DNA of 51,596 bases from Clostridia bacterium (GTDB lineage: Bacteria; Bacillota; Clostridia; Oscillospirales; CAG-272). Each line of letters opens with the position of its first letter. The stretch's first letter is position 1. Below the pieces are notes generated by a model. The model did not search any database. It was given only the letters and a program-made list of their open reading frames with translations, and was not told where the DNA came from. Position numbers and translations under genes: made by a program. Of this stretch, positions 8,163 to 16,158 are shown piece after piece. The DNA is taken from contig JAGANE010000251.1 in NCBI GenBank assembly GCA_017624395.1, forward strand, positions 1 through 51,596. Reading direction: 5' to 3'.

Positions 8163-11100
8163 TCATTCTCCTTGTGCCGTGTATTGTACCGTGACCGTGG
8201 TCTTTCGGCTACACGCATCCTCTCCGTCCATACAGGTGGCGGTGATCTCAAACGTCGGGGCAACATCGGTTGGAATATCGGTGATCACAATCACCACCAC
8301 GTATTTCATTCCAAGATCCTCGGCGGAGATCACAGCATCGGCATAGCCACCGAATGCCGAACAGTCCGCTTTGATAGATTCGTAAACCTTACTCACGGGA
8401 ATATCCACGGTAACGTCTGCATAGGTAACAGCAAAGCAGAGATCCGAAAGATCCACACGGTCAAGTGCCGCAACCAATCTTGCATGATAGGTTCCGTTCT
8501 CGCCTTTCATCGTCTGATAAAATTCAAGTGTAGGCGCGGGGTTTTGGTCACTGCTGTAAACGGCGGCATTTGCCCAAGCGCAAGCGCAGGCGGAGTTTCC
8601 GCTCACGCCCAAAACGTTCAGCTTTAAAAGCTTTGCTCCGACCAAACGCCCGCTAATGGAAATCTCCAACATTTTTGTACCGTTTGCCGCACTGCTTACC
8701 GCCGTAGTGGTCAAAAGGCTGACGTAGCCGTTACCGTCACCGTAGTCGGCAAGGATCTCCCCCACAACTCCTGTGGTACTACCACCCGTCATGACAAGCA
8801 CCGCATAAAAGCTATCAATATTCAAATCGGAAAGATCCACCACCAATTCGGCAGCCTTATTGGAAAGCGGATGTGTCCCAATCCCCTTTGCAAAGGTCAG
8901 CGAGGTACCGTTGACGGTAATACCGTTTGCTGCGGTGCCCTTGTACTCATCATCCTTGGCAGGCAAAGAGCCATTGTTGGTGGTACCGCTGTACGGAAGA
9001 TCAGAAAGATAGATCGGATTGCGCGAGGAAATGTCGGTTACAGACGAGATGGCATTCATGGTATAATCCTCTGCACGCAAGGTCACCTTTTCGGGAAGAC
9101 CAGCTTCGGTCAGAGTCAGCGTCTCTGCATCCTGCGTTGTTGGATCGTAAGGAAGCACAAAGCGGAAGCTTGCATCACTGTTGACGTGATACTCGGCGGT
9201 CTTTTGTGCCAAAGCCTTGTCAACACAACCGTAAGAAGTTTGCAAGCCGTCGGACAAAAAGAGATCGTAAAGCGTTTGACTTGTGGGCCAAAGTGCCACC
9301 ACACCGTCGTTTTCTCCGATCACCGCCTCGTAAAATGCCTCGGTAGCTCCCTGATTGCCGTGGTGCGCCACCTGTACCATATCCGCCGCCAGAACACTTG
9401 CGGGATATCTTGTTGTCATCATCTCGCAGGCATCCGTAAAAATGTCACCCGTGATCAGCACGCGATAATCGTCATCCGTACTTTGGGTATCGGTGCCCGT
9501 GGAAAGGCGCACGACCGTAGAAGCATTGTTAAAATAATGCAACGTGTTGGGGTAGAGATCCTCTACGGTATAAAGCACTTCAAGTTCAAGTCCGTAAAGC
9601 GAGAATTTCATTCCCGAATGCAGGGAAACGATATTTTTTGCACCGTGCGCATCGGCAATTGAGGTTTCCACTTTCCCCTTCAAAAGATGGTAAGCGGGAT
9701 TTTTGGAATTGTACGCCACCGATTCGGGAACGGCACAAATATAAATATTTTCCAGTGTCACTCCCGATCCATAATTCTCGCAAAATCTGCGCATAACCAT
9801 AATGTGGTCATCATGCTCGTGGGTGAGGAACCATCCGCGGATCACGATCTCACCGTCGGGACGGATGTTCAGCTTGTGAAGAAGATTCCAAAGACGGACA
9901 TGATCCTGATTTGCGTCACTCGTGCTACCGCTATCGATCAGGAAGAAGGAGCCGTCCTCCAAGGTCACCACGTAGCCCATACCGCCTGCATTGGTTGCAT
10001 AATCCAATTGCATTTGCGTGATGGAAATGGGAGCGAGGCGTGTGACACTGTCGGCACTGGCGGGAACAGAAACGCCCTCAACCGACTCGGTAATCACACG
10101 GATCGCATTTTCATCGGGAACGTAATAGGTGTAGATCCGCACGCCCGTCTCGGCATTTTGGAGCATACGGTATTCGTTATTTTCGCCGTTGGTATTGGAG
10201 GGCATGGCATTGGAAAAAACCTCCGCATAGCCGCTGTTTTTCAGACCTGTGCAGTAAGCCTCAAACGCGGCAAGGCTCGCGTTCTTGTAGTAATGTAGCA
10301 GTCCGTCACCGTAGCACTCGGACACACCCGCAAGGGTTGCGCCCAAAACCGCAGGGGCAGCGATCCAGTTGGAATTCGGTTGCACCGTAGATGCGCCCAA
10401 CGTCATGGAAAGCTTGAGATTTTCAAGCAACCACTTCCCTGCCATCATATCTGCCGCCGTACTCCACCCGCCAATCACCATTTTGCCGTCCACAACAGCA
10501 ACGCCGTATTGGTTGGGTGCAAGCGCAAGAAGATACTTGGAGCTTGCCTCATAAGCAGTAAAGCCGACAAGGATATCGGCATTTTTTGTCGTATCTGCAT
10601 CGGTAGAAACGGTCACGTCGGTCACGCCAAGCGCAATCAGTGCATCCTTGATTTGGTGCGCAAGATCGACCGCGTAGTCATAATTGTTGCCGTTATAACG
10701 GAATTTTCCGTCCCCCGTTGTGTCGTCCAAGGTGTTACTGTACGCAATGGTGTAGCTCTTAGCGAGGTCAAAGGTAAACGTTGTATCGGTCAGGGCTGCA
10801 GCCTCGGTTGCCGACAGCAAAATGCCCGTTGCGCTGTTCACCTTGGAATAATCGGGCTTTTGTGCCGTTGCATCCGCCTTGAACACACAAGCATTTGCCC
10901 ATACGCAGCCCGAGGAGGCGCTTGACACGTTTGCCCAAACCGAAAGCTTAAGCCGCTTGACGCCCGTAAGCTCCACGTCAAATTCACCCATGGAGTAGGA
11001 AGCAAGCACGTCTGACGAGGCAATGGAAACAAAGGTTCCGTTACCGTAATCTGCCAAAACCTCAAAAATAACACCCTCGGATGCAAAATTGGTCAAGCCT

Positions 11101-11552
11101 ACCGTGGCGTAAAAACGGTCACAGTCAAGCGTGGATAGATCGTAGATCACAAAGCCGGGGGCAGTATTGCTTTTGGGATGCACCCCTAACGCTTTTTTAT
11201 ATTGAAAGGTTTGTCCAAGCGTTACTCCATCCTTCTCCTCACCGTCGTTGGCGTTGTATTCATCATCGGGGAATGCCGTTTTATAGGCACCTTTGGTTGA
11301 ATCATAGGTGCATTCACTGCTCTCCCAGGTGAGATCGGAAAGATAGATCACCGTATCGGTGTTCTTCCCTACCCTCCAAGCCCCAAAGGGCTTGGACTCG
11401 GGATTGGTGGTGCGATGGTAGGTCACCTTGGAATAGTTTGACGTTGCCTCACTCGGCTTGCTCTCTGCCGAAGCCACGGGCAGGATCAGTGCCGACAGCA
11501 AAAGGCAGAGTGTCAAAATCAAGGAAAGTATACGAATTTTTTGATTCATCAT
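8163..11552 (-). CDS. 1129-aa secreted multidomain protein: NPCBM-like / alpha-beta module / ComEC-type MBL / NPCBM-like / C-terminal beta-rich domain (paralog 2)
   Basis: Signal peptide with VASA/E cleavage. IYLSDL...KALGVHP and IYLSDL...KGIGTHP modules. HEHDDH at 9804-9821. VLITGD...QVAHHGNQGA. AAGGA SD 8 nt upstream. Confidence 0.85.
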   Translation of the reverse strand: MMNQKIRILSLILTLCLLLSALILPVASAESKPSEATSNYSKVTYHRTTNPESKPFGAWRVGKNTDTVIYLSDLTWESSECTYDSTKGAYKTAFPDDEYNANDGEEKDGVTLGQTFQYKKALGVHPKSNTAPGFVIYDLSTLDCDRFYATVGLTNFASEGVIFEVLADYGNGTFVSIASSDVLASYSMGEFDVELTGVKRLKLSVWANVSSASSGCVWANACVFKADATAQKPDYSKVNSATGILLSATEAAALTDTTFTFDLAKSYTIAYSNTLDDTTGDGKFRYNGNNYDYAVDLAHQIKDALIALGVTDVTVSTDADTTKNADILVGFTAYEASSKYLLALAPNQYGVAVVDGKMVIGGWSTAADMMAGKWLLENLKLSMTLGASTVQPNSNWIAAPAVLGATLAGVSECYGDGLLHYYKNASLAAFEAYCTGLKNSGYAEVFSNAMPSNTNGENNEYRMLQNAETGVRIYTYYVPDENAIRVITESVEGVSVPASADSVTRLAPISITQMQLDYATNAGGMGYVVTLEDGSFFLIDSGSTSDANQDHVRLWNLLHKLNIRPDGEIVIRGWFLTHEHDDHIMVMRRFCENYGSGVTLENIYICAVPESVAYNSKNPAYHLLKGKVETSIADAHGAKNIVSLHSGMKFSLYGLELEVLYTVEDLYPNTLHYFNNASTVVRLSTGTDTQSTDDDYRVLITGDIFTDACEMMTTRYPASVLAADMVQVAHHGNQGATEAFYEAVIGENDGVVALWPTSQTLYDLFLSDGLQTSYGCVDKALAQKTAEYHVNSDASFRFVLPYDPTTQDAETLTLTEAGLPEKVTLRAEDYTMNAISSVTDISSRNPIYLSDLPYSGTTNNGSLPAKDDEYKGTAANGITVNGTSLTFAKGIGTHPLSNKAAELVVDLSDLNIDSFYAVLVMTGGSTTGVVGEILADYGDGNGYVSLLTTTAVSSAANGTKMLEISISGRLVGAKLLKLNVLGVSGNSACACAWANAAVYSSDQNPAPTLEFYQTMKGENGTYHARLVAALDRVDLSDLCFAVTYADVTVDIPVSKVYESIKADCSAFGGYADAVISAEDLGMKYVVVIVITDIPTDVAPTFEITATCMDGEDACSRKTTVTVQYTAQGE

Positions 11553-11563
11553 GTCGATATTCC

Positions 11564-13030
11564 TTACGTATTGTTGACGGCAGCAAGATCACGAGCCTTG
11601 GCTCTTGCCTCTCCCATCAGGCTGGCAACAATTGTGTTGATGGTATTGCAAACACCAAACAAGGTCTTGCTTCTGTCAACAAAGGTCTGCTTTTCCACAG
11701 CAGAACGAATGCTCGTTGCAAATACAGTACCGCCCCAGTCGATAACACGTGTGTTTCTGACGATCTCCAGCATTTCTACCGATTCGGGATCACGCAGGGA
11801 TCTTCCCTTGATCTGAATATCGTAGAATGCGGGGAACACGTACTTGGAGCTTCCTGCGGCAAGTGCCTCGATCAGAACGCTCATCATATCGGGGTTGGTG
11901 TGGTTGTAGGGTACGACGTGCAGCCAAGCATCAACCACGCGGGTATAGTAACGGCTTTGCTCCTCGTTGTACTTGGGCCAAGGCAAAACGCCGTAATCCC
12001 AGCCCTCAATATCCTTGAGCAGAAGCAGCTTACCAACCACGGTACCCACAAACAGGCTATCGCCCTCCTTAAACACATTGTAGCAATCGTCGGGAGCACT
12101 GTAATCGTAATCGTAGCCCATATAATTAAAATCGATCTTATCAAGAACCGTGGTGGTAATGCTATCCATCTTGGCGTTGGATGCCGCACTGAACACCAGC
12201 TTATCCTCGGTCTTGGTCACGTAATTTTCGCCCGCGGCGGCGTAGAAGGTGGAAAACAGATAGTCGCCGTGACCGTACAAGCCGTAAAAGGTTACCTCAT
12301 TGTCCTGATTGACCTCTGTTACCGTTTCCATTTGCTTGAACATTTCCTCAAACGTCCATGCATCGTTCTTTACCATGGAATAAAAGTTCCCCATACCACG
12401 GTCGGTGGCAACCTGCTTATTGTATGCAATACAGGTGGAGCGCTGGAAGGTGTAAAGAGACTCCTCGGTGTAGCACAGGAACTGATAGCCGTTAAAGGTC
12501 ATCGCATCGTTGATGTCCTTGAGGTAATAATCCTTGCTCTGGTCGATGTACTTCATTTTGCTGACGGGCAAAAGCTCGTTTCTCAATGCCGCGGAGTAAG
12601 CATCGCGGTTGATGAGCATGATCATATCAAAATCATTCTCCCCCGTACCGCCGAGTGCCTGCTTGGAAAGCTGATCGTTACAGCCCTTATAGGAGGTCTC
12701 CGATGCCTCAAAATAAAGGTTGAAGCGCTCCTCAATTTCACGGTTCCTCTCGTAAAGAGAGTCGTCGAGAACGGTACCTCCCAGCTCCTCGGTGTCAAAC
12801 AGCGTGTAGGTGCCGTCGGTGCTTGTCACGCTGAGTACGTTTACGGTGTCACCGTTAAAGTCAAAGCTGCCAAGGTCGTCAAGATAGGGATCCTCCACCG
12901 TCTCGCCGTTTTGCGGCGCTTGGGTGGTGCTTTCAGGGGTCTTGGTGCTGTCCTTGTCACATGCGGCAAGCAATGGAAGCAGCATCAGAATTGCCAACAG
13001 AAGACACAGAATTGAGGTTCTCTTTTTCAT
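11564..13030 (-). CDS. ABC-type extracellular solute-binding-like lipoprotein (orphan)
   Basis: 488 aa. Canonical lipobox LLAAC. Size and composition resemble family-1 sugar SBPs of Clostridia. AAGGAG SD upstream. Confidence 0.65.
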   Translation of the reverse strand: MKKRTSILCLLLAILMLLPLLAACDKDSTKTPESTTQAPQNGETVEDPYLDDLGSFDFNGDTVNVLSVTSTDGTYTLFDTEELGGTVLDDSLYERNREIEERFNLYFEASETSYKGCNDQLSKQALGGTGENDFDMIMLINRDAYSAALRNELLPVSKMKYIDQSKDYYLKDINDAMTFNGYQFLCYTEESLYTFQRSTCIAYNKQVATDRGMGNFYSMVKNDAWTFEEMFKQMETVTEVNQDNEVTFYGLYGHGDYLFSTFYAAAGENYVTKTEDKLVFSAASNAKMDSITTTVLDKIDFNYMGYDYDYSAPDDCYNVFKEGDSLFVGTVVGKLLLLKDIEGWDYGVLPWPKYNEEQSRYYTRVVDAWLHVVPYNHTNPDMMSVLIEALAAGSSKYVFPAFYDIQIKGRSLRDPESVEMLEIVRNTRVIDWGGTVFATSIRSAVEKQTFVDRSKTLFGVCNTINTIVASLMGEARAKARDLAAVNNT

Positions 13031-13075
13031 GGAAATTCTCCTTTTTTATTTATTTTTTGTTGTTCCATTTTTGTG

Positions 13076-13089
13076 TGTAATCGGTTACA
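13076..13089. promoter_or_regulatory. cre / LacI-family-type operator palindrome in 5' UTR
   Basis: mRNA sense TGTAACCGATTACA matches the cre consensus TGWAANCGNTNWCA at every defined position. It lies between the promoter (13173-13201) and start codon 13030. Confidence 0.5.
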
Positions 13090-13172
13090 TAATTAGGATA
13101 ACACGATGCCGCAGAGAAAAAAATCGGTGCGGCATAACGAAAAAAATTTGTATTCAGGATGAATTTACTAAA

Positions 13173-13201
13173 ATTATATCATATAAAAAAACAAATGTCA
13201 A
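13173..13201 (-). promoter_or_regulatory. consensus sigma-A promoter of the SBP-MBL operon
   Basis: Minus-strand TTGACA (13201-13196), exactly 17 nt, TATAAT (13178-13173). It is followed by a leader of about 135 nt containing a hairpin (13106-13135). Confidence 0.7.
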
Positions 13202-13206
13202 CTTTT

Positions 13207-14799
13207 TTATCTCTTTACGCGTTCACTTTTTCCTACAACGTACGGAAGGGGGAGCGTATCGTTGTGCCGTGTGTGCAAAAGGATCTCCTCAGCCCCCATC
13301 TCGTAATAAAGCTTTCGTGCAAGGCGGTGATGATCCTCCACGGGATTTTCAATATTATTCTTGACCAATTGATCGCGCAAGGACCACAAAAGAACCTTGC
13401 CCTCCATCAGGCAGTAAAGCTCCTCCTCTGCCCCGTTGAGTCCGTGGTGCGCCAGTTGAACGATCTCGCTTTTGAGTGTCTTTTTGCTCCAATGCGTACG
13501 TAAGAATTGCGATGGTGCGGTGCAAATATCCCCCAGCCACATAGTGGTCTGACCACGATAGGTCATACGGGCAACAAACGACGAATCGTTGAAATAATGC
13601 AGGCGCTGTGGAAACAGATTGTCCACCGTATAAAGGATCTCAAAGTCAAGCTCACCAAAGGAAAACCGATCCCCCGTGTGCAACGTAACGGTATCAAAGC
13701 CACCGATCCACTCACGTGCCTTGGCAAGACGTCCGCGCGTGGTGGGATAGTCGGGATTTTTGGCGTTGAAGGAAACGGCATCGCTGCAGGAGCAATCGCA
13801 ATAACGCTTGACGGTAACCTTTTTGCCAAAATCATGACAAAAACGGCAAAACCAATAAAAAACGTTAAAATGGTCGGCATGCTCGTGTGTCATCAACCAT
13901 GCGGAGACCACGATCTCGCCGTCGGGACGCTTGTTCAATTCACAAAGAAGCGTATAGAGCCGCAGATAATCGTAGGTTTTGGGCTGTCCGCCCGCAACGC
14001 GCACCTGACCGCCGTCAATGATCACAAAGGAGCCGTCCTCCAAGGTCAGGATGTAACACATACCAAACGAGCCGCCAAAATAATCCAACGCCATTTGCGT
14101 CAAGGTGACGGGCGCATTCAAGGAATCATCCAACGCCCACGGCTCGACGACCGAGGTCTTTTCCAAGGATCCGCTCACTACGCGCAGCGTATGCGTGGCG
14201 CGAAGATAAAGCAATGACAAAAAATGACTTCCCTTTACAAAACGGTATGCGCGATTGCCGTCTCGGAGGTTTTGAAAAATACTTTCATACCCGTTTTGCA
14301 AAAGACACGCAAGATAATCCTCCAGCGCAGAGAGACCGACACGCCCCCACACCCATTCCACACGGTCGTGTGAGCAATCGCTCATTCCAAGATATTTCCC
14401 TGCCGCAAAGCGTGGAAAATCAACGATCCATTCCTCAACCGTCTCCACCAACGAACATCCGTCGGTCAGCTCCAAAGAATCCATGGCGAGGAATTTTTCC
14501 GCCGCCCTCATGGTTGCCGCCACGCAATGTCCCACCACGGCGATGCGGTCGCCAAAGCAAAAAATACCATATTGATTGTAGGCAAGGCGTGCCAGTGCCT
14601 CTCGCGTTTCGGCGCGGCGTGTATTGCCAATCAAAATCTCGTGCTTGTGAGGCTTGATGTCATTTGTGACCGTAGCTCCCGAAAGCCGCTCGGCAATCCT
14701 TTTTGCCAACACCACCTCGGGATCCAGCCCTCCGTTGGCGTATTTTTCCTTTTCCACGTCATCAACACCGACGGGATAAACTACGTATCTCTTTTTCAT
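13207..14799 (-). CDS. cytoplasmic ComEC-type MBL-fold hydrolase (paralog 3)
   Basis: 530 aa with no signal peptide. HEHADH at 13870-13887. QLAHHGLNGA. The N-terminal module has EILIGNTRR...NQYGIF...IAVVGH. The ATG overlaps the upstream TGA as ATGA (14796-14799). Confidence 0.8.
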   Translation of the reverse strand: MKKRYVVYPVGVDDVEKEKYANGGLDPEVVLAKRIAERLSGATVTNDIKPHKHEILIGNTRRAETREALARLAYNQYGIFCFGDRIAVVGHCVAATMRAAEKFLAMDSLELTDGCSLVETVEEWIVDFPRFAAGKYLGMSDCSHDRVEWVWGRVGLSALEDYLACLLQNGYESIFQNLRDGNRAYRFVKGSHFLSLLYLRATHTLRVVSGSLEKTSVVEPWALDDSLNAPVTLTQMALDYFGGSFGMCYILTLEDGSFVIIDGGQVRVAGGQPKTYDYLRLYTLLCELNKRPDGEIVVSAWLMTHEHADHFNVFYWFCRFCHDFGKKVTVKRYCDCSCSDAVSFNAKNPDYPTTRGRLAKAREWIGGFDTVTLHTGDRFSFGELDFEILYTVDNLFPQRLHYFNDSSFVARMTYRGQTTMWLGDICTAPSQFLRTHWSKKTLKSEIVQLAHHGLNGAEEELYCLMEGKVLLWSLRDQLVKNNIENPVEDHHRLARKLYYEMGAEEILLHTRHNDTLPLPYVVGKSERVKR

Positions 14800-15896
14800 T
14801 TTTGAAAATCCTTGCTCTTGGCAACGATCTGTGCCATATGAGGACAGATGGCTTCCACCATGGCGTGATAACCAAGATCGTTGGGGTGAACCCCGTCCAA
14901 AATACCATCATCGTAGCCAAAGGGCTTCATATATTCACTTCCGTCCACAAAGTAAACGTTTTCGTCGCCTGCCGCCTTTGCATCGGCGTAGGTCTTGTAA
15001 ATCACGTCACGTGCGCGCTTTGCCGTTACAGACTCGGGATAAACGTTGGGGCGTGTCAGCATGATCACGGGAAGTGCGGGGTGCGATTGACGGATACGGT
15101 CAAACAGTGCCTTGTGCGTCTCCTCCAGATATTCGGGTGTGGGAGCGTTATGGTCGTAATCAAGAACCAACGCCGCCATATCCAGCCCTGCAAGATATTC
15201 CGCCATAGCGGGCTCTCCCTTGCACTGCCCCGAAAATCCGAGATTGTAAATATTGAGATTGAAGCGGCGCGACAGACGGTTGGAATAGGTAAGACCCGGA
15301 CGCGTGGTACCCGTGCCGTGTGTGATCGACGAGCCGTAAAAAACAACGGGCTTTTGATTGGAATACGGCAAGCCCTTGCCAAGCGTGGAGCCGGGTGCAA
15401 CTCCCACCCACACGTTTTTGACACGTGCGTGGACGGGGAAATTGATGGTCAAAAATCTTTCCTCTGCGGTGCGGAACTTGATGATCTGCTCGTAGCCCTC
15501 CTTCATACCGTAGGGCGGTGTAAAGGGGCGCTCAAAGTGCGAGCCCTCGGGCGTATCGACGTAAAGATCAAACGCGCCCGCCTCCATCAAGGGATAATGC
15601 GAGCCATACCCAACCGCACACATCTCGGCGCGAATGGCAACGCAAGGTGAATTTGTGGAAAAACGGATCCTTCCCCCCGTTGGCTCATTGGAAAGACGGA
15701 GAACGCCCTCGCTGACAGAAGCCGCCGCTTCCTCAGGCATACGGACAAACCATTCCTCGTCCTCGGGGCGGTACATTCCGTAAAGCTCAAACGGAGCACG
15801 ACGAACATCGTACATGTGAAGATCCACATCGCGGATCGATGCGGTAACGATGAGATTTTTGTCAACCTCTACGTAAGAAAACTCATTCTCACTCAT
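14796..15896 (-). CDS. SGNH/GDSL hydrolase with N-terminal GxDLY-type beta-sandwich domain (putative carbohydrate esterase)
   Basis: 366 aa. GAFDLY motif, then FYGSSITHG (Ser block) and DGVHPNDLG (His block). AAAGGAG SD. Confidence 0.8.
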   Translation of the reverse strand: MSENEFSYVEVDKNLIVTASIRDVDLHMYDVRRAPFELYGMYRPEDEEWFVRMPEEAAASVSEGVLRLSNEPTGGRIRFSTNSPCVAIRAEMCAVGYGSHYPLMEAGAFDLYVDTPEGSHFERPFTPPYGMKEGYEQIIKFRTAEERFLTINFPVHARVKNVWVGVAPGSTLGKGLPYSNQKPVVFYGSSITHGTGTTRPGLTYSNRLSRRFNLNIYNLGFSGQCKGEPAMAEYLAGLDMAALVLDYDHNAPTPEYLEETHKALFDRIRQSHPALPVIMLTRPNVYPESVTAKRARDVIYKTYADAKAAGDENVYFVDGSEYMKPFGYDDGILDGVHPNDLGYHAMVEAICPHMAQIVAKSKDFQK

Positions 15897-15958
15897 GCCT
15901 ACAGCTCCTTTGCTATTATTTTCAAAAGGCTTTTATATAGAAAAGAATTCCAAAAAAT

Positions 15959-15987
15959 ATTCTACCATAAACGAAAAAAGTTTTCAA
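15959..15987 (-). promoter_or_regulatory. candidate sigma-A promoter of the SGNH-MBL operon
   Basis: Minus-strand TTGAAA (15987-15982), 17 nt, TGgTAGAAT (-10 at 15964-15959). Confidence 0.6.
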
Positions 15988-15988
15988 G

Positions 15989-16002
15989 TGTTATCGGTTA
16001 CA
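15989..16002. promoter_or_regulatory. second cre / LacI-type operator, abutting the -35
   Basis: mRNA sense TGTAACCGATAACA matches TGWAANCGNTNWCA. It shares the 16-nt core ATGTAACCGAT(T/A)ACAC with the site at 13076-13089. Confidence 0.5.
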
Positions 16003-16097
16003 TTGATAAAATATTGATAAAATTGGCTTAATTTTTGATATTTTTGATCAAAGTCAATCAAAACCAAAAAACTAAAAAATTTGATATTTACAATCCT

Positions 16098-16134
16098 ATA
16101 AAAAATGGATGTCGCGAGAAACTCGCGGCATCCA
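16098..16134 (-). terminator. intrinsic terminator of the PRTase gene
   Basis: Stem GGATGTCGCGAG (16107-16118) / CTCGCGGCATCC (16122-16133), followed on the minus strand by a U6 run. Confidence 0.75.
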
Positions 16135-16158
16135 TTCAAAATTCATATCAGCCAAATA

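Noticed and set aside
8045-8266. 73-aa track ORF overlapping the end of the 1129-aa gene
   Set aside because: It starts inside the upstream CDS with no SD and has an Arg/Pro-rich composition. The 43-aa frame at 8029-8160 has the SD and the coupling geometry.
11438-13015. 525-aa plus-strand ORF covering the SBP gene
   Set aside because: It is the antisense shadow of the minus-strand lipoprotein gene, which has an SD, a lipobox and protein-like composition. The plus-strand product is low-complexity (Val/Gly/Leu/His-rich) with no SD. The same reasoning rejects 5330-6319(+), 6940-7959(+), 8871-9662(+), 14703-15650(+), 32560-33603(+), 38954-39778(+), 43039-43821(+), 46880-47746(+) and 50193-51026(+).
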